In this document: positions 25,943-40,525 of the stretch, piece after piece
Layout of the letters: each line of letters opens with the position of its first letter
How positions within the stretch are numbered: position 1 is the first letter of the stretch
NCBI GenBank assembly: GCA_964016885.1
Contig: OZ024740.1
Location: 323,392,001-323,456,000 of the forward strand
DNA length: 64,000 bases
Source of the DNA: Eledone cirrhosa
Taxonomy: Eukaryota
Reading direction: 5' to 3'
The notes under the pieces: model-generated
Databases searched by the model: none
What the model was told of the DNA's origin: nothing
The model's input: the letters and a program-made list of their open reading frames with translations, nothing else
Translations under genes and position numbers: made by a program

Positions 25943-26965
25943 TACACACACCCATGCATACACACACCCATACACACACACACACACCCATACATACAGA
26001 CACCCATACATACACACACACATACACACGCACCCATACACACACATACTCATACACACGCACCGATACACACACACACACCCATACACACTCATCCATA
26101 AGCACACACATACACACACACACACATACGCACACAGTACAACCACAATCACAAGCAAAACCACAACAACAGTCATAGCAGCGCACACCACCACATACAC
26201 ACACATACACACGCACACACACACACACATACTCACACACACACACATACACACATACACACACACATACACACTCACACGCACACACTCACACACACAC
26301 ATACACATACACACTCACACACATACACACTCACACACACATACACACACACACATACACACTCACACACACATACACACACACCTACACATACACACTC
26401 ACACACACATACACATACATACACACTCACACACACACATATACACTCACACATACACATACACACACACATACACACTCACACACACATGCACCTAACC
26501 ACCACAACAACAGCTAAACCAAGATTACAACTACAACCACAAACATAACCACAACAATTGCCACAACCATATACACAATCATCACGTAACCACAACAACA
26601 ATAAACACAACTACAACAGTAACTGCAACTGTAACCATAAACATACGCACACACACACACAACCACCACCACCACTGTAGCCCCAACTATATCCCCAACC
26701 ACAACTATCTATTCAAACATAATGGTAACCGCAACTACAACGACAATCACAACCCCAACAACAACAATCACCACTATTATGACCATAACCATAATGACAC
26801 ACACAGTCACCACTACAGCCCCAACTCCAACCATAATGCCAACCCCAAAACACAACCCCCAACAATCACAATTTCCAACCAGCTCCGACAACCACTACCC
26901 CAACCCCAATCACAACCCCAACAACAACCACTACAATAACGACAACAACAACCACAACCATGACA
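25800..26965. repeat. (CA)-rich and (CAA/CCA)-rich low-complexity tract
   Basis: Seen directly in the sequence. Confidence 0.9.
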
Positions 26966-27354
26966 TTTGATTCCACTATCTAAAATATATAGCACTCAAT
27001 AACAAAAAAAAAATGAAGCAGATTTTATCGAACAATATATTATGAATGCAATTTACAAAATTAACAAGAACCATGAGAAAAAGGTAAAAAGATATGAAAA
27101 TACAAAATGGGGTGGCGAGGGAGAAATATTATACCTTTGGCGGGGTGGTATATCTCAGCAGATAAAATTGTGAAAGTACTGTCACACAGAGCAACCAACG
27201 ATACCCTCTATGTCAGCAACGCAGATCCTTCCTCATGCGTAATGGGGATCGAGGACACTGGAAGTTCGATGATGACCGGCACAAAAATGAAACGGTCAGT
27301 CAATGACTAGTATTTAGTCATCGTCTTCTTGTCTGCATAGACCAATATATTAGT

Positions 27355-27670
27355 GGTACTCCGTCGGTTACGGCGACGAGTTTTCCAGTTGATACGACCA
27401 GCGGACGGAACAGCATGCTCGCGAAATTAACATACAAGTGACTGAGAATTCCATAGACATGTGTACCTTTAATGTAGTTCTCAGGGAGATTCGGCGTAAC
27501 ACAGAATGTGACAAGGCTGCTCCTTCGAATTACAGATACAACTCATTTTTACCAGCTGAGTGGACTGGAGCAACGTGAAATAAAGTGTCTTTCTAAAGGA
27601 CACAGCGTATTACCGGGAATCGAACTCACTTCCTTACGTTCATGAGCCAAATACCCTATGCACAAAGCGA
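27355..27670 (-). mobile_element. tRNA-derived SINE with a long conserved body
   Basis: Minus-strand B box gagttcgattcc and S2-type core. The body (ctgagaactacattaaaggtacac.tgtct.tgga) recurs at 19590-19770, 28940-29345, 30330-30550, 37680-37870, 38600-38885 and 49055-49222. Confidence 0.75.
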
Positions 27671-27924
27671 CGTGGGGACCAATATATATATATGCAATAC
27701 AATCATCATGGTTACTTCAACTTTATGGTCTTGTATAAATTCATCAGAACCTTTCTTTCATTTGTTTTCACCTTTTTTGGATAACCACATTACTTTAATC
27801 CTACACTTTATATTACTTCGTACATTCTAATACTGGTTACATACGCTATGTTGCAGCCATGATGGAGCATCATTTTGAAGGGTACTCATTTTAGGAATTA
27901 GGTTTTGTCGAATCGCGAAGTTAC

Positions 27925-28070
27925 GGGACATAAACACGGGCTTCTACTATTTCGGTTAACCAAATTTTACTCGAAAGATATTGGTCTACCCGAGGCTATA
28001 GAGGAAGACACTTATCCAAAGGGCTACGCTGCCAGATTGAACCCAGAACCAAGTGATTAGGAAACTAATG
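27925..28070 (-). mobile_element. tRNA-derived SINE, family S3
   Basis: Minus strand ggttctgggttcaatc...ttggataagtgtcttcctctatagcctcggg...ccgaaa..gaagcccg. Relatives near 37310-37425 and 48925-49040. Confidence 0.6.
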
Positions 28071-29406
28071 TGTATTGTGTGTGTTTGCATGTATACTCAT
28101 GTACATGTATACATGTAAAGGTGTGTGTGTGTGAACAATGATGAACAAGATAGTTTCAGGGAGTAATTGATTGATTAAAAACAATAAAGTAATAGTTCAA
28201 TAAATAGACAATATTGAAAACATTCAGTAATCTGAGGACCGTTTATATAAAAACAAAAATCTTTAAATGAGTTCGATAAAGCCAATATCTGGGTTTTCAG
28301 CTCCAATTCACTCTGACCTTTTAACCTGGTGCTATCATGATATATCATCACCTTCCAAGAATCTGTTGATGATACATCATTCAGTGTCTTGCCACAGCAT
28401 TCCATTATGGCAGTATCTTGTGTTTCATAAATGATGAAAAAATATAAAACAATTTATATTCAAAACAAGGAGAAAAATAGACAAAACATGGCTTTATCTG
28501 AGGAAGTGTGGATTTCATCTTCAATATGAAAACAAAACATAATAGCGTAACTATACAAGTAAGAACTGCTTTTATTTTTCATATTTTAAATTATTAATAT
28601 GACGGGTCCTCCACTGGTTTCGACGATGAGTATTTCAGTTGTTCGATCACAATGTACTATCACCATTCAAGAATTTGTTGATGATACATCATCCAGTGGC
28701 TTACCACATTCCATCATGGCAGTTCTTTTTGTTTCATTGTTGATGAAAAAATTGAACAATCTATATTTAAAACGAGTAAAAAGTAAACAAAACCCAGCTT
28801 TATTTGAGGAAATGTAGTTATGGAATCTACTCAGGTATTTCCTCTTCAACATAAAAAAAAATCTCTAGTAGTAGAGCTGGATATAAAAATATAATTGTCG
28901 AGTTTATTTTTATTTTTTCGTGTCTTAAATTATTTATATGATGGATCCTCCGCCATTTTTGACGATAAACATTCCAGTTGTTCAGTCAACTAAACAGCTT
29001 TCTCTAGAATTATAGTGAAAGTGGTTAAATATTCCACAGGCACGTGTGCACCTTAATGTATCAGGGTATCAGCGGAACACAATATTTAATAAGGTTGCTA
29101 TCTTTAATTTACAGGTACAAATTCCTCATGTATTATGCTGCAAATGGCTGATATTCCACAGTCACGTATATACTTAACGCAATTCTCAAAGCGAATCGGA
29201 GGGACACGATATGTGGCAAGGCTAAATGTACTTTTAAATTGCTGGTAAAACCCATCTTGTATTGTAGAGTAAATGACTGAGTGTCACACACGTGTACCCT
29301 TGGCGTAATTCTCGAAATGAATCATATGACACAGTGTGTGGAAAGCCTGGACAGATATAATCAACACAGATACAATCTTTCTACTCAATTTCTCTTTCAT
29401 GGTTCA

Positions 29407-29620
29407 GGTAAGCCAGTTGGCCAACATGTCGAAATGAATTTCTTAACCACACAGCCAAATTTCTTGGGTGAACCAGAGGGTATGGTAAAGCTAGTTGGTC
29501 AAAATGTCGAAGTGAATTTTTTAACCACACCGCCACATTTCTTGGGGGAACTAGCGGTTATGGTAAAGCCAATTGGCCAAGATGTCAAAGTGAACTCCTT
29601 AGCCACACAGACATTTCTTG
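29407..29620. repeat. ~78-bp tandem repeat, about 2.7 units
   Basis: Units start near 29407, 29484 and 29562 (ggtaaagc.a.ttggc.aa.atgtc.aa.tgaa...accacac). Confidence 0.85.
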
Positions 29621-29862
29621 ATATAACCTAAAAGTAAAGGAGTCAGAGCAGTGGTGACTTGGCAGAGTTGTAAAGCCGTCGGATAGAATGTTTTGCAGTA
29701 CTCGGTCATGCTCTCTACCCACTGAGCTAAACTTCTTTTTCATAATTTGGAGATTGATAAAAAAAAATGGACCAATCTAGTACTGAGGTCGATTCTTCCT
29801 CTATTGTATATCACATTTTCACTTCCTCTATATCACACATACACATATACATACACTTGCCC

Positions 29863-29953
<91 letters not shown>

Positions 29954-30694
29954 AAGAAATCGGCTGGAGAGGATATAGGCTCTGCCAGGTTTAAAATCCT
30001 CAAGACACGCTGTATGTCCCTTACAACTTCATCAAGAGTTATGAGTCCATATATAAAAAAAAAAAACAGAATAGTAAGATTAAAATATTGTTGGTATCTA
30101 TTTCTCACAATTTTTGATTTTTTATCTATTGTTCACTTAATTTGGATCACTTCGTGGTTGCTTTACAATACTGAAATGTCCATAAAATCGTTGTACATAT
30201 AGTGGTGGTGCTCCAGCATGGCCTCTGCCTGACGGCTGGAACACGTAATAGAGTAATAGTGCAGTTTATTCACTTGAGTCACAAGGACTGCGTGGCATCA
30301 GGGATAAATGTTATTTACCAGAGACTCGGGTCACCCCATGAATTGTGAGCGTATTTGAATAAGCGGAAATTGCTTCAAAGCGCAGTATATGGATTGTACT
30401 TGTATTTCAAAGAACCAGTTTGTTCCACACTGTTTCACGCCGCCTCTAACTGAGAATTACATTAAAGGTACACATGTCTGGGCAATGTTCAGCAAGTTGC
30501 ATGTTAATATAAAGAGCAAGCTGTTCCATCGATGGAAACCGACAGAGGTATTCCATATATTGCACAAGTGTCATTTCAATCAACCCAAGTCTCTCATTTC
30601 ATAAGTTAGTCTAAGTAGGAAACCACACTCAACATATTCATTACACAATAAATATATAAAATAACGTAATCACATATACATAGGTAATACACGC

Positions 30695-30731
<37 letters not shown>

Positions 30732-31296
30732 TAAAATAACAGACTAAAGTTTAAGCAAAGAATCGCTGCTTTCACCCTTAACGGGATCTTCTGAAACTAA
30801 TATATATATATACATGTATATATATATTAGAGAGATTCGAGGCCCGTCGACTGTTCTCTGGCAGTTTCGACATCTATAGCTAGCTGTCGAAATTGAAAGA
30901 GCTCAGCCGTTGGGCCTGGACTCACTGTAATATGCTCACAGTCTACAATCCTAAGTTTAAAACAGATAAATCCCTATATATATATATATGTGTGTATATA
31001 GAGTATCGGTTGGTTTATTCAATAATTTCAATAACGTTGAGGGTTACGGAGGTAGTACCAATATTAGCACTTAATGGTGAGTTTGTATCTGTAAGGTTCT
31101 CATATGTAAAATGAAGTTTCATATTAATAAAATCAGATTGATGCTGGAGTCAAGTCTATCACACGAATATGGACCTTGAGCCAATCGTTTGTGAAACATA
31201 CATAACTGGTCGATGATCAATAAAAACACTGTGGAAATTAGTCTGGTTATACTTAAAAGATAGGTATATAAATATATATAAATACCTATCTTTTAA

Positions 31297-31354
<58 letters not shown>

Positions 31355-31369
31355 ATCTTTTAAGTATAT

Positions 31370-31418
<49 letters not shown>

Positions 31419-31774
31419 TATATATGTGGAAAAGAATGAAACGAAATTTCATTTCTCACTCTTAGTACGGCTGGTACTATATATAAATTATAAGTTTGAA
31501 GAAGAGTTAGATAAAATTTACCCAGTTTTACTTCTTAGACCGTAGAAATTAACTAGATAAATAATTATTTAAACGGACCTATGTTTAAAATGTACCTTTG
31601 ACGAAATAACAGACAAATGTTATCAATATTCCTTTATGAGGGACACAAAGATAAAATTTACCTAATCTTTCCTCTTAGTCCATAAAAATTAACTAGACAA
31701 ATAATCATTTAAACGGAGCTAAGTCTAAAATGTAAATTTGAAGGAAAAATAGATTAACGTAACCAAACTTTCTC

Positions 31775-31866
31775 CCAGTCCCGAGTATCGACAGTTTCGC
31801 TCCTGCTTTGTGGACATATCTAATCGTTGCATTATCCGTGAGGTTCCTAGATTATCAAGAGACTCC
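31775..31866 (-). ncRNA. Degenerate hammerhead-like motif in a probable PLE remnant (31415-31990)
   Basis: gagtctc-TTGATAA-...-cGAAActgTC-gatactc. Core carries two changes. Confidence 0.4.
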
Positions 31867-32006
31867 CTCATTTAGGTCCGAAATTTCCAAATTGATCGCC
31901 GTTAGTAACGAATTCAAAAGGGGTGAAAATCATCACGTGGTCAAGATAGAATTGTTGTGAAGAGTAGGCCGGTGGCAAGTAAGTTCATTGCTCTTATATA
32001 TATATA

Positions 32007-32079
<73 letters not shown>

Positions 32080-32081
<2 letters not shown>

Positions 32082-32256
32082 GGGCACACTAGAAGAGGAA
32101 GACCAAGGTTAACATATGTTGATGCCCTAAGGACAGACACTGGTCTGTTGGAGATGCAGGATATGGCAGCGATAATGAGGGACAGAGACCGCTGGAGAGA
32201 ATTCGTCCATGGATCTCGGGAATTTTACCCGCCTTAGATAGATAGATAGATAGATA
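32080..32256 (+). pseudogene. 3'-terminal fragment of an RTE-like LINE ending in (TAGA)n
   Basis: RRGRPRLTYVDALRTDTGL...MRDRDRWREFV...* with the stop codon running directly into TAGA repeats. Confidence 0.75.
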
Positions 32257-32515
32257 TATATATATATACGTATTTATGTAAGTCTGCATGTACGTAAGTT
32301 TATGTATGTATGTAACTAAATCTTTATTCGAAGGTTCTTCGTCCACCACACAGTCGAACATATGTAATCTCCATTATTGCAAAATAAACACGACTACACA
32401 ATGTTCCAACACACATATACGTGCACATACATATACGTGCACATACACCCCTGATATATCTATGTATGTGTACTGTATATATATATATATATATACACTC
32501 ACACAAATATCTATA

Positions 32516-32611
<96 letters not shown>

Positions 32612-32643
32612 AATATATATGTATATAAATACATATATATATG

Positions 32644-32705
<62 letters not shown>

Positions 32706-32801
32706 AATATATATATATATATATGTATGTGTATGCATATATATGTATATAAATATATATATATATACATATGTGTGTGTGTGAGTGCGTGTATGTGTGC
32801 A

Positions 32802-32871
<70 letters not shown>

Positions 32872-33236
32872 CATATGTTTGTGTGTATGTAAATATGTGC
32901 AATAAAAGTTTCTGAACATTAACGAGTGGGACATTTAACGAGAAATTATTAAATTGATCTGAAGAAACCCTAACAACTTAAACATACAGAATCACATGTT
33001 ATTTTAGTATTTGGTAATTTAATGTTAGAACACACACACATACATACATACATTTATATACGCACACAAATATATGTACACACTTATAAGAGTACATACT
33101 CGCATATAGCTCATAATATTACATTATATTGTAAACACATATATACTTATATAGATATATACATATATGTACACACTTGCATAAATAAATACACGGAGAC
33201 ACACACAGACACACACACGCACACACACACACACAT

Positions 33237-33291
<55 letters not shown>

Positions 33292-33631
33292 ATATATATA
33301 CTACTATATATTGAAATAACAACCATATTTGACACTTTCATAAAAAAAACCTTATATGCACATGCTTATACATGTGCGTTCCTATATGAAAATATTTGCT
33401 TACAAATGTATATCTACTCATGCCTGTACATATACATACATAGCTAAATATCGTTGCCTAGACGTAGTCATTTATAGATAAAGATTTGAAGACCAGATAG
33501 ATAATGTAATGGAGTCTGTTTTATAACTTCTACGGGCGAACCTGAGCCAATCTCTGCGAAACGCACGTAACAGGTCCCTTCACATTTAAAAGCTAAAAAC
33601 ATGTAAAACGCCCCACCCCTCACACACACTT

Positions 33632-33701
<70 letters not shown>

Positions 33702-34939
33702 GTCTCTCTCTTTCTCCCCCTCTCTCTCTCTCTGTATGTAAAAAAGTAAACAGAAACAACAAAGCAGACAACAAAGTACAATGAGGAAATATGACATGTA
33801 TATGGATTTAGTTGTATAAGTCCATATCGTGGCCCATATTACACACCCTGCTTCATATTTTAAGTCATATTTTCAGCTTGTGTCAGGTGTCAGGTGTGTC
33901 CAGCATTATCATCATATCACCATATTTCAATATCTGCATCTTTGTCTTTACTATTTATAGTTTTTATAGCTTTGTTAGAAGACCAAGGGCGGGAGAAAAG
34001 CCATTGACCTTTATGTAGAGTGTCGGAGACTGTTAAGAAAGGGAGAAACGAACCAGCGTTCGGCTTTTATTTTCACAGCAGAGAACTAGTCAGATGAAGA
34101 TACTCCCAACGACACACAAGAGCCAGATGGTAGTGTCAAAACGGGAGAAGTATTATACCTATCATCCAAGTAGTGGGACAGCCATCTCATGGATTTGGAA
34201 GAAAAGCGTTTCCGTGTAGCAAACGTCACATACAAGTCTTGGGTGGAACCCAGGTCATGGAAGTAGTCGCTTGTACAACATGGCGTATTGTGTGAGCCGA
34301 CTCAGAATCACGTGATTGTAATGCCAACATTTTAATCCCACAGCCACGTCTAAAAACCGTTTAAAGCCTTGATGTCTTTTAACAATTTAGTACTCCGTTT
34401 CTAATGGAAGACGATGTCTTTGATTTTCATATCATTTTGAAAATATCAAGAATTTTGACGGATTTAGGGATTTAATAAAATAACTTACTTCCTCATCTTA
34501 AACTGACGTTTGAAACAAAATATGAGAAAAGTTTGCACATAAAATAATGATGGAATGTGTTTAGATAAATATCTACTCATTACTCCTTTCGTTACCACAT
34601 TTTTAATGTAAGACACTGCCGACGGTCTTACAATCAATTTTGAAAATATCATAAATTTGAAGGGGTTTAATCAATTTCAAGTATATCAACAATTTGAAGG
34701 GATTTAACAATTTAATTAATTTCTCATTATTAATTTGATGTTTGGTGCATAGCAAAAGTTCTTACATAAAATGCTGTTGCTAGATATTTAGATAAATATA
34801 AACACTTTATCATAAGCGGTTTTGTTTTACGCGGTTCAGTTTTCAAAGTGTTATCAGATGTTATCACCAGGAATGGGAATCAAGCGAATGTAATGATCCA
34901 GTCTTCGGTAACGCAACATAGGTGAAAATAGTAAAGTAT

Positions 34940-35136
34940 TGGATAGTTTGACAGAATCGGTAGAGGGTCGAACGCCATGCTTTACAGCTACAGCAAAGAG
35001 TCATGTCCCTTTACGGTCTGAGTTCAAATCCCGCTGAGGTTAATTTTGCCTTCCTTCCTTACGGGGTTGATAAAATAAAGTACCAGTAATGCAGTGGAAT
35101 AATTGTTGGCCTTGGGCCAAGAGTAGAAACAATTAT
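34940..35136 (+). mobile_element. SINE family S1
   Basis: Same boxes and core as 1659-1841. Confidence 0.85.
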
Positions 35137-35624
35137 AGATTTCCTCACAATGGAGCGGTGTTAGTTTTACAGTTAAATAAATAAAACTAGACGTAATTAT
35201 TTTGTCTATACACAATGCATTTTTTCTCTCATACCACCATGTGATGGGAATAGGTACTCATTTATCTAATTTACAAATTCATCACTTTTTGGAGTCTGAC
35301 ACATCGTTGTATGTTTATCAAGCTGGGAATATTCTATGGAGTCTGTTAGACCTGCAGCCAAAATGTTCTTTACAGCAACACCAAAAATTCATGGATAAAA
35401 TATTCTTTTAAATATATTCCGTATATTTCTTTGTCGTAACCTTGTATTGTATTTACTGAGGTAACTAGAATTATCCCCCTTAGGGAAATGAAAAAAATTG
35501 TGAGATAAAAGAGGGAAAATCACCAAGAAAAGTATAAAAACAAAAAACAATATAAAATATAACATTGAGATTCAACAATGTTCTGAAAATAAAGGAGAGA
35601 GAAAGGGGAAAAGAAAGAAATAGT

Positions 35625-35935
35625 AAGAGAGGGGGACAGAAAGAAAGAGATAGTGAGAGAGGGGACAGAAATAATGAGATACTGAGAGAGGGGTGGCAGA
35701 AAGAAAGAGATAGTGAGAGAGGGGGACAGAAATAAAAACATAGTGAGAGAGAGGGACTGAAAGAAAGAGATACTGAGAGAGAGGAGGAAAGAAAGAAAGA
35801 CAGAGTGAGAGAGAGGGACAGAAAGAAAGAGATAGTGAGAGAGACGGACAGAAAGAAAGAGATAGTGAGAGAGGGGGACAGAAAGAAAGAGATAGTGAGA
35901 GAGGGGGACAGAAAGAAAGAGCGTGAGAGAGAGAA
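35625..35935. repeat. 30-bp minisatellite (~10 units)
   Basis: Unit gaaagaaagagatagtgagagagggggaca. Confidence 0.9.
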
Positions 35936-36241
35936 AGAAAAATAAGACACAAGAATCAGTACATCATACATAACATGTTCTTTGCTACAAGCGGACCTAA
36001 TCAGCAACTGTCATTAGATAGACGAGGTGAAGTTGGATGAGGTGAGGGGAGTGTGAAAATATATATAAAGAAAAGAAAAAATGATTGATCGTAATCTTCC
36101 ATGAAGTCAGTTGTTATTATTTAAAACCAATCCTTGTCAAAATGTGTTATTTTCCCCAGGGTAGAGGTTCAAATAACGTAACTATGGTGATGAGATGTGA
36201 TGAGAGAAACGAAAAGAAAGAAAAACAGAAACACGAAGAAC

Positions 36242-36314
<73 letters not shown>

Positions 36315-37440
36315 AAAGAGTGTGAGTGAAAAGAGAAAGAAATGAGTGTGAACGAAACGTGAAAGGAAAGGGAGAGTGTGAACGAAAAGAGAATGTGAAA
36401 GAAGGAAAAGGAAAAAAGAAGCATCTAGAAGAAAAAATACAAAAATAAGTAAAAATATTTACAAAAATTTATAATTCATTCTGCAGCTTTTAAAATACAG
36501 TTTCTTCTCAACTATAAATATTTCCCCTTTTCCCTTCTTCACATCTCAACTTTCGTTCGTTACTTTTTGTCTTGCATTTCTTTTTTTTTTCTCGCAGTAT
36601 TTCTCTATAGTCGCAATTATTGTATTAATCTGACACGTTTTGCTTTTTATGCTTTATTTTGTTGTTGTTGTTGCTGTTTATATAATTGTTGCTTCTACTA
36701 TTTTTTCCCCCCTATATTTTCTAAAAACTGCTTACAGCTCAGTAATATAGACGCTGGCTTGCCATTTACCTAAACACTAGTAATATATCAACGATTCGTG
36801 TTTTTAGAGTGAAGCTTGCCAAAAATTAAGGAAAGGGAAAAAAGCAAACGAACTAACAAACAGACAAATTCCTTTGGGAGTAGTGAATGCTATAAATGTA
36901 AGGGAAATAATTGCATCAGATAAAGATGTAATGTAGATTTATGGAATAATAATAGCTGACCTTGTTGATACTGTATCCCGAACCAACGGAGAAAATATCT
37001 TAATTCCACTCCTTCAAATTACTTGTTGTTTTAGTCTGTTGATAATGGCTTACACTGTGTATTGAGAAAGTTATTGCCTACAAAACTCGACTATATTTCC
37101 AGACCAGACCGCCTTCTGTTACGTTAAAGCATGAAATATATTCGTGTTAAATGGCATAAGTTGACTCAAATCATATCGATAGAGTGAACATATTTTCTTA
37201 AATTTGAATAACACACTGTACAGAATAATTGTATTGTTTTCTGACGCGTTTCACTCGGTGAAAGAAGTCAGTGTGTCAACAATGTCTTTCTCTATGACAT
37301 GGAATCAGTATGGCTGGAATGTCAAGGAGTTTACTTCGTAATTATTATGTCCCGGGTTCGATCTCACTGCGTGGAATCTAAATAAAATCCGAGTTCAGTT
37401 CCGTTGCATAGTATCTTGGGTACGTGTTATTTACCATAAA

Positions 37441-37622
37441 GGGCTGTGGATTGGCAGTATCAGTAGAAAGTCGAATGCCATGCTTTGCAGCATAGAGTTA
37501 CGCCCCTTTACAGTTTGATTTCAAATCCCACTGAGGTTAACTTTTATTCTTACGGGGTCGATAAAATAAAGCACCAGTAATCCACTGGGGTAATTGCTGG
37601 CCTTGTGCCAAAAGTAGAAACA
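37441..37622 (+). mobile_element. SINE family S1 nested in an older SINE
   Basis: TSD gttatttaccataa at 37426-37439 and 37623-37636. Confidence 0.85.
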
Positions 37623-38021
37623 GTTATTTACCATAACCTAGGATCATGAGTGAAATTGATTAGCTGTTTTGAAGCCGGTCAAATGGATTGTACTTGAAAT
37701 CAATGGTCCAACGTTATCACACACACTAATGCTAAATCTTCCTTGGAACTACATTAAGGTACACAAGTGTATGTTGTATGGTTCAGCCACTTACACCTTC
37801 ATTTCTAGTGCAGGCTGTTCTGATGATTGAATAAAGGGAACACTCATCGTCGAAACTGACGGAGAACAATTCCATTCTATTTAAATCCCACGAACATTTC
37901 TGATGTAGGTGACTTTTGCCTGACGAAATGAGGATCACAGACGCAGCATAACACGACCTCTAGCTCACCATGACTGATATATATATATATATACTATATA
38001 TATACTATATATATATGTGCA

Positions 38022-38115
<94 letters not shown>

Positions 38116-39086
38116 TTTATAGGGTGGATGGGTGTGTATCCATGTGTGTCCGTATTAATGTGTGTGTCTGTGTTTATGTCTAATAGTTTAGCAGTTTGAC
38201 ACGCTGAAATCGATATAAATGATACCAGACTTGAAAAGAAAATGGTGGTAGTCGAAAATAATGCTTCAACATGACAACAGTCTAATGCCTGACACCAGTA
38301 AAATAAACATACCATACGTGTGGCTATTAGATTACCTATGCAGTTATTTCTCGGTAAACCGTGTCAGTGACCCGGTTTCGATTCTCGTTTAAAGCAGATA
38401 TAATACTTTGCTAACACCCCCGGGAAAGATATTAAATTTTTTCTAAGTTTCTACGTTTTCTATCTCTATAAATCTGTTGCATGAATTAGAGGCAACGCAC
38501 TATTACATTACTTATATTTCGGAGTATTTTACCAGGAAACCAATATCTGCAGATCTAGTCTGACTAATTTTTATATCATTTCTAAATCTGGAAATATTTT
38601 GGACCTCCGTCGGTTCCGACGAAGAACGTGTCTTTTACTTGTTTGATAAATAGAACAGCCGACTCGTGATCTTACCTTGCAAGTGGATGAGTATTCCACA
38701 GACAAATGTACCTTTAAAGCAATTCTCAGGGAGATTCAGCGTCCGACTGTGTGTCACAAAGTTGACTCTTTGAATTACAATTACAAGTTCAGACCATTTG
38801 TATAACAATGCAAGAAGCTGAACATTCTACAGGCACGTGTATCCTTAGCGTACTTCTCAAGGAGAAGTACAATATTTCCACAGGCTTTACCACAGTTATA
38901 TCATTGTTGATCACAGCATATGGTCAACATTGATCGCGAGTGGCTTAATGGTTAGGATGTTGGACTCACAATCGTAGGGTTGTGAATTTGATTCCCCGAC
39001 TGTGTGGTGGGTTGTGTCTTTGAACAAAGCACTATATTTCACGTTGAGTCCCCTCGTACACACAAACCTGCATACACGTGCACACA

Positions 39087-39148
<62 letters not shown>

Positions 39149-39611
39149 GAGAGGGAGAGAGATGGAGAGAGAGAGAAAGAGAGAGAGAGAGAAAGAGAGA
39201 GAGAGGGGGGGGGTATATTTTCACCGTTTGAGACCTGTGGCTAGATTTTCATAAATTTAATACATTTGATGTTTAAGAATGGTTTCTCCAATAAATTAGA
39301 CCCCATAATATTACATAAGGCCACATAAAGTATAAAACGGTTCTCGAAGAAACATGGTGAGATTCTCATTGTAATATTTATGTAACTCTCTGTGTTAATG
39401 TTTTCCTTTACATGAGCCATGTAGATTTCTTTTCTTTTTTTTGCCAATATCTTCTTCTTCTTCTTCTTCTTCTTCTTCTTCTTCTTCTTCTTCTTCTTCT
39501 TCTTCTTCTTCTTCTTCTTCTTCTTCTTCTTCTACCATCTCCTCACTCACTACTCGCACCCGAATATGGAATTTCCTTTTCTTTCCTCTCTGTCGTACTC
39601 GATACATTTCT

Positions 39612-39691
<80 letters not shown>

Positions 39692-39777
39692 GAAATGCAC
39701 ACTCTCACTCATATACATACATACGCGTGCGCATAACACGTAACACGTTTACTCCTTTACACACACACACACACACA

Positions 39778-39941
<164 letters not shown>

Positions 39942-40073
39942 AAGTTATATTTAAAATTGTTGGGTTACAACTAGTAAATATTTATAACTGATATAAAAGC
40001 ACTCGACAAATACTTGGAGTATATTTACAATATTAAATAAATGGAAAACTATATTTATAAAACCATATTTATT

Positions 40074-40135
40074 TCATTATATATATTTCGGGATATCATA
40101 TTAACAATATGCTATGCCTTCATCAGACAAAATAC
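40074..40135 (-). ncRNA. Minimal type I hammerhead-like motif in the 3' pLTR
   Basis: CTGATGA-aggcatagcatattgttaatatgatatccc-GAAA-tata-TA. Helix II CATATT/AATATG. Helix I is weak by eye. Confidence 0.7.
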
Positions 40136-40490
40136 AATATAAACAGTTTTATAGATAAATATATTCGACATACCGTAATAAACATCAACTTCATTTGAAG
40201 AGGTTCACTCTAGCAGTGAAAATACAGAGAGAAAGAAAGAGAGAGAGAAAAGAGGGAAATAAGAAAGAAAGAAAGACAAAACGAAGAAAAGGAAGAAAAA
40301 GAAGAAAAAAAAGAAGCAAAATAGAGAGATGGAAAAATAGATAAAGCGAAGAGCTTCATGTAAAGAGACCGAAAGAGATATATATATATATATAGAGAGA
40401 GAGGAAATAGAGATAGATACATATATAAATATAGATATAGAAAAATTAGGTAGTGGGAGGTCATTTTGAGTAAGTGTATCAATGATGCAT

Positions 40491-40525
<35 letters not shown>

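Noticed and set aside
29950-30050. Possible exon or LINE remnant (GLITLDEVVRDIQRVLRILNLAEP)
   Set aside because: Too short, bounded by simple repeats, and without convincing splice signals or motif.
35625-35935. CRISPR-like array
   Set aside because: Contiguous 30-bp units without unique spacers, in a eukaryotic context.
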